From positions 150,001 to 182,000 of the forward strand of contig NC_015067.1 in NCBI RefSeq assembly GCF_000196555.1: a stretch of DNA of 32,000 nt, written 5' to 3'. The notes under the pieces were generated by a model. That model saw only the letters and a list, made by a program, of their open reading frames with translations. It made no database searches and was not told where the DNA came from. Positions 26,515-32,000 of the stretch are shown here, piece after piece. The position numbers and the translations under genes are program-made. Numbering within the stretch: position 1 is the first letter of the stretch; each line of letters opens with the position of its first letter. Origin of the DNA: Bifidobacterium longum subsp. longum JCM 1217. Lineage in GTDB: Bacteria; Actinomycetota; Actinomycetes; Actinomycetales; Bifidobacteriaceae.

Positions 26515-26648
26515 GTAGGCGAGGGTTCGACGATAGTCGAACCAGAAGAAAGTCAGCCGTAGGCTGTCCGCAATTGCGGACGAGCTGGCCGCGAAGCGGA
26601 CTGAGAGGAGTGCGGGAGAGCGGTACCAGAGCCAATGGCCGTCAGACC

Positions 26649-27248
26649 TCAGACGACATAGCTTTCGATATGCAGCGTCTGCGCCATGACCTCTTTGATG
26701 GTTCGGTCGCTGATGTTCAGATGCGAGCGAATCAGCGAGATAAGCCCCACAATCAGTGTGAAGAACGTCTCATGGACGTTGGTGATTGGCAGGCCATGCA
26801 TCTGCTCGAAATCACGTACGGTGGTCTGGGCAATGTAGTCGGCAATACGGTCCGCCGCGCGGTCAATGAACTTGATATACAGTTCGGCGTTGCCGTCTTG
26901 GATCATACGGTTTGAGAAGGGGCTCTCGTCGGCGATCAGGGAGCGGAGCACATGCACGATGTCGTCTAATGCCTTGTTCACGTTGCCTGTTTCGCGCGCT
27001 TGGTTCCACTGCTTCAACGTGGTGAGGATTTCGTCGATGACGTTATCGAGTACTGCGTCAGCTACGGCTTCCTTGTCTTCGAAGTAGTGGTAGAACAGCG
27101 AACGCGTCATACCGACTTCGCTTGCGATGTCGGAAACGGTGATTTTGGAGAAGCCTTTTTCCAGACACACCTTGCGCGCGGCTTGCACGATGGCGTCGCG
27201 CCGGGCATCGCCGCGGGTGGGGCGTTTCTCGTCGAGGGTATCGCTCAT
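26649..27248 (-). CDS. TetR/AcrR-family transcriptional regulator
   Basis: The TetR HTH (GFSKITVSDIASEVGMTRSLFYHYFEDKE) in a 199-aa ORF. An AGGAGG RBS lies upstream. Confidence 0.9.
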   Translation of the reverse strand: MSDTLDEKRPTRGDARRDAIVQAARKVCLEKGFSKITVSDIASEVGMTRSLFYHYFEDKEAVADAVLDNVIDEILTTLKQWNQARETGNVNKALDDIVHVLRSLIADESPFSNRMIQDGNAELYIKFIDRAADRIADYIAQTTVRDFEQMHGLPITNVHETFFTLIVGLISLIRSHLNISDRTIKEVMAQTLHIESYVV

Positions 27249-27442
27249 GGGTGCCTCCTGACCACAACCGTTATTGACACTATGTTAATACAAAGAAAGC
27301 GGTTAATAACAATAAAAATGCGGTAACCGTTGTCAGGTGAATGTCGTTGGAATATAAAGAGTTTTCCGATTCGGCAACTATGAGCCCGGTTTATCTTGAC
27401 TTTTTATCGGTTAATTCTGAGGGCAAAGGTAGGTTAGTAGCT

Positions 27443-30355
27443 ATGGCACTTGCACTGTATCGTCGCTATCGTCCGGACACCTTCGAAGGGGTCATCGGCC
27501 AGGACCAAGTCACGGTCCCGCTGATGCGCGCCTTGGACGAGGGCAAGCTCACACATGCCTATCTGTTCTCAGGGCCGCGAGGCTGCGGCAAAACCAGCTC
27601 CGCGCGTATCCTGGCCCGTTGCGTCAACTGTGCCAAAGGGCCGACTTCCCACCCCTGCGGCGAATGCGAAAGCTGCAAGGACCTGGCCACCGGCGGTCCG
27701 GGTTCCATCGACGTGGTCGAAATCGATGCGGCCTCGCACAACGGTGTGGATGATGCTCGAGAATTGCGAGAACGCGCTGGTTTCGCCCCTGCGCGCGACC
27801 GCTATAAGATTTTCATTCTCGATGAGGCCCACATGGTCACGCAGCAGGGCTTCAATGCGCTGCTTAAAATCGTTGAAGAGCCGCCTGAACATGTGATGTT
27901 CATCTTCGCCACCACCGAACCAGACAAGGTGATCGGCACCATCCGTTCGCGCACCCACCACTATCCGTTCCGTCTGGTGCCGCAGGAAGTCATGGGTCCC
28001 TACCTGGAGACGATCTGCGACAAGGAAGGCATCAAGCCCGAGCCCGGTGTGCTGAAACTGGCGATGCGCGCCGGTGGCGGCTCCATGCGAGATACCCTGT
28101 CCGTGCTTGACCAGCTGATGGTTGGTTCGGTCGAAGGCGTTATCACCCATGATGCCGCTGTAGCCCTGCTCGGCTTCACGCCGGAGGCACTGATCGGTGA
28201 GGCCGTGGATGCGGTAATCGATCACAACGGCGAAGCCCTGTACGGCGTTATCCAGAAAGTCGTGGTCGGCGGATTCGATCCGAGACGATTCGTCGAAGAC
28301 CTACTGGCTCGTGTGCGTGATCTGCTGGTGCTTACGTTGGCCGGGGACCGTGCGGAATCCGTGCTGTCCGACACGGCTGAGGCCGAGGATATGGACGATC
28401 TGCACCGCCAAGCCAAGGCGCTGGGACTGGGCGCACTGACCGCAATGGCAGACATCATCAACACTACGTTGGGTGCCATGACCGGAGCCATTTCTCCGCG
28501 TATGCGCTTGGAACTGCTGGCCGCGCGATTGTTGGCCGGCAGTGAATCAGGCTTTGCAACAGCCGCTCCCGCGCCAGCTTCTTCTGGTATGCCGCCTGCG
28601 GCTGCTTCTTCGACTTCGACTACGCCAGCCGCTTCCGGTATGGGTGCCAGTGGTTTTGCCGGCGCATCGCGAGGCGGGTTTGCCGGAGCCTCACATGGCG
28701 GATTCTCCGGTGCTGCACGCAACCAGCAAGCAGCCGCGCCTCAGAGCACCGCTTCCCATGAATCTGTTGGAGGCAATGGCCCTGTCAACGGCCCGGTCAG
28801 CGACCGACCCGCGGGCTCTCTGTCTGTGCAACCTGCTGTAGCAACTGCTGCTGCCGGTGCCGCTCCTGCCGCCAATGCCGGGTGGGGCGCGCCCGCCGCG
28901 TCGCCGGCCGTCCCGGCTCAACCGGTGACCTCGCCTGCGGCATCGGATAATCGGTCCATCGACGAGAAGTGGGATGCAGCCGTCGCCGCTTTGCCGGAAA
29001 CCATTCGTGAATATGTGTCACGAGACAAGGTGCCGACCGTAAAATTCGGCCCCAACCGTAAGGGTCTGCCTTGCTTGTCGATGACGTTCGACAAGTCGCT
29101 GAGCCAGCACGCTTTCGCCTTGGCCGTGGATAACAGCGGTAAGAAGGCGGCGGCCGTGGTGATGGATGCCGTGCGCAACGAGTTCGGCGCCAATGCGGTT
29201 ATTGCACCTTCTGCGGTCGCGGCGAATGGCGAGCGAGTCGAATCCGTCAAACGTATGAGCCCGGAGCAATTGGCCAAGGTCAAGCAGCAGATTGCCATGG
29301 CCAAGGCTGGATTGGCCGCGTCGAGTTTGGGCGCGAGCCTGGGCATTCATATGGGGAGCGAGACGAAAGCTCCGAAGCCGACTGCAACAGGCCAAGCCGA
29401 GGACGCAGACGACAGCCATCGAGCCGGACAATCCAGTGCATCCACGGCAGCGAAGAACTGGAGTGACGATGACCCTTGGGCCAAGCCGGCCGTAAGCAAC
29501 GCTTCGCCGCAATCTGCAGACGGGTTCGCGCCTAACGAGCCCGCTGCTACGCCTGCGCCCGAAGAGCATCACAAGAAGCATGTTGCGGTTCCGGACATCA
29601 GTGACGGTGTTGATCCGTGGGCCGCTCCGGCTGCTCCTGTTGCACCCACTGCGTCCGTTGCGTCCGCTGGACCCACTGGACAGTCCACTGGGCAGCCAGC
29701 CACCGCATCTTCCGTTACGGCAGTTGCCGGCGCGAGCGACGATCCATGGAATCAGACGCAGTCTCAGGCCGCGGTCTCACCGGCGTCGCAACCGGCCGAA
29801 GCCGACCCGTGGAACCAGCCATATCAGCAGTCTCCTCACGATGATCCGTGGAATCAACCGCAGGGGAACCATGCTCAGGCGGCTCCGCAGCCAGGAGACG
29901 ACCCGTGGAATCAGCCTCAGTCCCAGACTCCGGCTTCTTCGGTTCCTCAGACAGTGTCGGGCAATATGTCGGGCGATGACCCGTGGAACCAGCCCCAATC
30001 GGTTCCGCAGCCGGCTGCCGGCGATGACCCGTGGAATCAACCGCAGGCAGTTCCACAATCGGCTCCGCAGGCCACCCCGCACGGTGACCCGTGGAATCAA
30101 CCGCAACCCGCACAGCCGACCCCGAATGCCGACCCGTGGAATAGCCAGCCCCAGCCCCAGCCGAAACCACAACCGCAAGTCGCGGCCGAGGATGACGAAT
30201 ACTCGATGAGCGACCAGTCGCTCGGCGAGGCGACGGCCATGAATCTCGACGATCTGAAAAAGCTATTCGAGGTCAAAAAAGTCGAGCAATTCGCGGCAGA
30301 TGATCCGAAGAACCCCAAGAACATCCAGCCTGCCAAGAAGCACTCGGATGAATAA
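27443..30355 (+). CDS. dnaX: DNA polymerase III subunit gamma/tau
   Basis: The canonical N-terminus starts at the ATG at 27443 (MALALYRRYRPDTFEGVIGQ). Also present: Walker A GPRGCGKTS, a Zn module CxxCxxC, DEAH-type Walker B (ILDEAHM) and sensor motifs. The C-terminal half is long and low-complexity. The ORF-track start at 27341 is unlikely. Confidence 0.95.
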   Translation: MALALYRRYRPDTFEGVIGQDQVTVPLMRALDEGKLTHAYLFSGPRGCGKTSSARILARCVNCAKGPTSHPCGECESCKDLATGGPGSIDVVEIDAASHNGVDDARELRERAGFAPARDRYKIFILDEAHMVTQQGFNALLKIVEEPPEHVMFIFATTEPDKVIGTIRSRTHHYPFRLVPQEVMGPYLETICDKEGIKPEPGVLKLAMRAGGGSMRDTLSVLDQLMVGSVEGVITHDAAVALLGFTPEALIGEAVDAVIDHNGEALYGVIQKVVVGGFDPRRFVEDLLARVRDLLVLTLAGDRAESVLSDTAEAEDMDDLHRQAKALGLGALTAMADIINTTLGAMTGAISPRMRLELLAARLLAGSESGFATAAPAPASSGMPPAAASSTSTTPAASGMGASGFAGASRGGFAGASHGGFSGAARNQQAAAPQSTASHESVGGNGPVNGPVSDRPAGSLSVQPAVATAAAGAAPAANAGWGAPAASPAVPAQPVTSPAASDNRSIDEKWDAAVAALPETIREYVSRDKVPTVKFGPNRKGLPCLSMTFDKSLSQHAFALAVDNSGKKAAAVVMDAVRNEFGANAVIAPSAVAANGERVESVKRMSPEQLAKVKQQIAMAKAGLAASSLGASLGIHMGSETKAPKPTATGQAEDADDSHRAGQSSASTAAKNWSDDDPWAKPAVSNASPQSADGFAPNEPAATPAPEEHHKKHVAVPDISDGVDPWAAPAAPVAPTASVASAGPTGQSTGQPATASSVTAVAGASDDPWNQTQSQAAVSPASQPAEADPWNQPYQQSPHDDPWNQPQGNHAQAAPQPGDDPWNQPQSQTPASSVPQTVSGNMSGDDPWNQPQSVPQPAAGDDPWNQPQAVPQSAPQATPHGDPWNQPQPAQPTPNADPWNSQPQPQPKPQPQVAAEDDEYSMSDQSLGEATAMNLDDLKKLFEVKKVEQFAADDPKNPKNIQPAKKHSDE
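29465..30150 (+). repeat. Coding tandem array of ten D-P-W motifs within the dnaX 3' region
   Basis: The protein reads DDDPWAKP, GVDPWAAP, SDDPWNQTQ, EADPWNQPY, HDDPWNQPQ, GDDPWNQPQ (three times), HGDPWNQPQ and NADPWNSQ. The DNA unit GA(Y)GACCCGTGGAATCA(R)CC recurs about every 50-90 nt. Confidence 0.9.
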
Positions 30356-30380
30356 TGAGGACGAATAACGAGGAATACCC

Positions 30381-30983
30381 ATGGCACTTGCTTATGACGG
30401 CGCAATACAACGACTGATCGACGCTTTCGGGCGGCTGCCCGGCATCGGGCCGAAGGGCGCGCAGCGTATCGCCTTCTACATGCTGTCCGCGCCCGAAGAT
30501 GAAGCGCGCGATTTGGCCGAGGCCATCGAAGAGGTCAAGGCCAAGATCCGCTTCTGTGATATTTGCGGCAACGTGTGCGAATCCAGCCCCTGCCCGGTAT
30601 GCGCCGACCCGAGACGCGACCGTTCGGTGATCTGCGTGGTCGAAGAGCCCAAGGATGTGATGAGCATCGAGCGCACGCGCGAATACCACGGCCTATACCA
30701 TGTGCTCGGCGGCGCAATCAACCCAATGGCCAACGTTGGCCCTGCCGACCTGCGTATTCCCGGTCTGCTCAAACGCTTAGAAGGCGATGAGGTCAAGGAA
30801 GTGATTATGGCGCTCGACCCGAATATTGAAGGCGAGGCCACCACCAGCTACTTGACCCAGCTATTGCGACCCGTAGGTGTCAAGGTCACCCGACTTGCCA
30901 GCGGCCTGCCGGTGGGCTCCGACTTGGAGTATGCCGACGAAATCACGCTGGGCAGGGCACTGGCCGGTCGGCGCGAGGCCTAA
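30381..30983 (+). CDS. recR: Recombination protein RecR
   Basis: A helix-hairpin-helix ([15 protein letters not shown]), a C4 zinc finger ([16 protein letters not shown]) and a Toprim domain ([10 protein letters not shown]). Confidence 0.95.
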   Translation: MALAYDGAIQRLIDAFGRLPGIGPKGAQRIAFYMLSAPEDEARDLAEAIEEVKAKIRFCDICGNVCESSPCPVCADPRRDRSVICVVEEPKDVMSIERTREYHGLYHVLGGAINPMANVGPADLRIPGLLKRLEGDEVKEVIMALDPNIEGEATTSYLTQLLRPVGVKVTRLASGLPVGSDLEYADEITLGRALAGRREA

Positions 30984-31939
30984 GCCAGCGTATCATTGGC
31001 GCTTTCGCCCTTGCGGCGCATCCACGGCCAGAATGCGCCGTGGCGGATGATGCGCGCGGCCTTGTGGCGTCGTGCCAACCAGATAATGAACAGTCCTGCC
31101 GCCAGTATGCCTAGACCAACACCAAGGGCGATATTGCGCGCGTCAAGCACGTCATTCGGCTCGGGGGCCGGCATCGGAATCGCCACGCGGTGCCCGGAGA
31201 TAAGCAGTCGGTGCGTGTTCACGCCGTATGGCGTACAGGTCATCAAAGTGACGCGATCCTCACCCGGCACGATCTTGAGCTTCGACGTGTCATCCGGCAA
31301 AATCACCGAAATGCGGTCCACTTTGTAGCCCAAAGTTTCGCCCATGACTTCGATGTAGAAGAAGTCGCCCTCTTTCACCTCGTCCAAACGGGTGAACATC
31401 AGCGCTTCAACCAACCCGCGGTGCCCGGTAATGACCGAATGGGTGGATTTACCTCCCACCGGCAGCGACGTGCCGTACAAGTGGCCGGCACCAGAAGCCA
31501 GTGCTTCCTCGGAAGTGCCGTGATAAAACGGCAGATTGATGGACTGCTTGGGCACCTTGATTGTGCCCATCACGCCGTTGCCGGTATTAAGCAGTGACTG
31601 GTATTCCTTGTCTTTCTTTGAGGCGGAATCCTCGCCGCTGGCTTGGGATCCTCCTTGAGCGGCGGCGAACGGATCGACGGCTTCACCCAAGATAGGCTGG
31701 CCGGATTCAGCGAGCTTCTTGTTGTATGCGCGGGCCGCCGTGAGCTTGTCTTCCGCCTGCGGGTAAGGCCAGCCAGCTACTTCTTTGGCCGTGGTGGCTG
31801 TGGTGGCGGCCAAGTTGCGGTCGGACTCGAATTGCAACGCTAGCGGGAAGCAGGCCACGGCGATTGCGGCGATCAGCAGCACAATGGTGATGATGCGCAT
31901 CGCCCACAGGTTGCGTTGCAGGCGTCGGCGCTCGGCCAC
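30980..31939 (-). CDS. Class C (pilus-assembly) sortase
   Basis: A lid motif [13 protein letters not shown], the catalytic [16 protein letters not shown], and a C-terminal TM anchor plus basic tail ([17 protein letters not shown]). The reading frame stays open from 31939 to the window edge with no further start codon, so the true start may be the GTG at 31939, the ATG at 31899, or beyond 32000. Confidence 0.85.
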   Translation of the reverse strand: MAERRRLQRNLWAMRIITIVLLIAAIAVACFPLALQFESDRNLAATTATTAKEVAGWPYPQAEDKLTAARAYNKKLAESGQPILGEAVDPFAAAQGGSQASGEDSASKKDKEYQSLLNTGNGVMGTIKVPKQSINLPFYHGTSEEALASGAGHLYGTSLPVGGKSTHSVITGHRGLVEALMFTRLDEVKEGDFFYIEVMGETLGYKVDRISVILPDDTSKLKIVPGEDRVTLMTCTPYGVNTHRLLISGHRVAIPMPAPEPNDVLDARNIALGVGLGILAAGLFIIWLARRHKAARIIRHGAFWPWMRRKGESANDTLA

Positions 31940-32000
31940 GAGATCGCTGATATCGATGACTTCGTCAAATGGTGTTGGAACGAATGCTGCGGGCTCGGGC

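Noticed and set aside
26452-26648. An SRP (4.5S/ffs) RNA, which often lies just upstream of dnaX
   Set aside because: GTCGAACCAGAAGAAAGTCAGCCGTAGG loosely resembles the SRP domain IV string GGUCCGGAAGGAAGCAGCC. However, the GNRA tetraloop with closing stem and the invariant GGAAGCAGCC are not present, and the region folds as several short independent hairpins rather than one long helix.
27341-27442. An N-terminal 34-aa extension of DnaX from the ORF-track start at 27341
   Set aside because: The extension is AT-rich and has no DnaX similarity. The universally conserved N-terminus (ALYRRYRP.TF) begins right at the ATG at 27443, which has its own AAAGGTAGG RBS.
29580-30209. Repetitive ORFs in alternative frames and strands of the dnaX 3' region (29580..30209 with TRGI repeats; 29715..30170 and 29777..30178 with DSTGHR and IPRV repeats)
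   Set aside because: They are out-of-frame readings of the DPW-encoding DNA repeats. The dnaX frame is continuous from a canonical N-terminus and is the only one with recognisable domains.
30254-30283. A programmed -1 frameshift site in dnaX (G AAA AAG at 30256..30262 and C AAA AAA G at 30274..30281), by analogy with E. coli gamma/tau
   Set aside because: Both lie within the last roughly 35 codons of a 970-codon gene, so a frameshift here could not generate a gamma-like truncated product. Neither is the exact A AAA AAG heptamer, and there is no downstream stem-loop.

Overview
This is a high-GC actinobacterial chromosome segment. Its gene content and order look Bifidobacterium-like, a judgement from motifs I recognise, not from a search. 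I support about 26 intact CDS.

Gene content, left to right:
- a malQ/LacI/GH31 carbohydrate locus
- a dnaK-grpE-dnaJ-hspR operon with two HAIR operators
- a TPP-riboswitch-led cassette
- a HAD phosphatase and a DedA protein
- a tadZABC-flp-tadEF pilus locus
- a lipid kinase and a TetR regulator
- dnaX and recR
- a class C sortase that runs off the right edge

The left 9 kb shows visible gene decay: two head-to-head glycoside-hydrolase C-terminal fragments, an in-frame fusion of an ABC solute-binding-protein N-terminus to a permease C-terminus, an orphan signal peptide and an orphan histidine-kinase ATPase fragment.

Main findings:
1. A textbook TPP (THI-box) riboswitch at about 13.73-13.82 kb, with an SD-sequestering platform, leads a tightly packed NCS2 permease, LuxE-like acyl-protein synthetase, LuxC-like acyl reductase and SDR, possibly plus a HAD phosphatase. 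This is a carboxylate-to-aldehyde-to-alcohol module. I interpret it as a candidate undescribed thiamine-precursor salvage route. That interpretation is inference.
2. A 64-bp element occurs twice (59/64 identical), directly upstream of tadZ and of flp. Each copy carries two perfect inverted DnaA-box 9-mers 24 nt apart.
3. Ten tandem D-P-W short motifs sit in the C-terminal tail of DnaX.
4. A phased 6 x 17-bp tandem repeat supplies the stop codons of two convergent gene remnants.

No rRNA, tRNA, CRISPR array or transposase was recognised.
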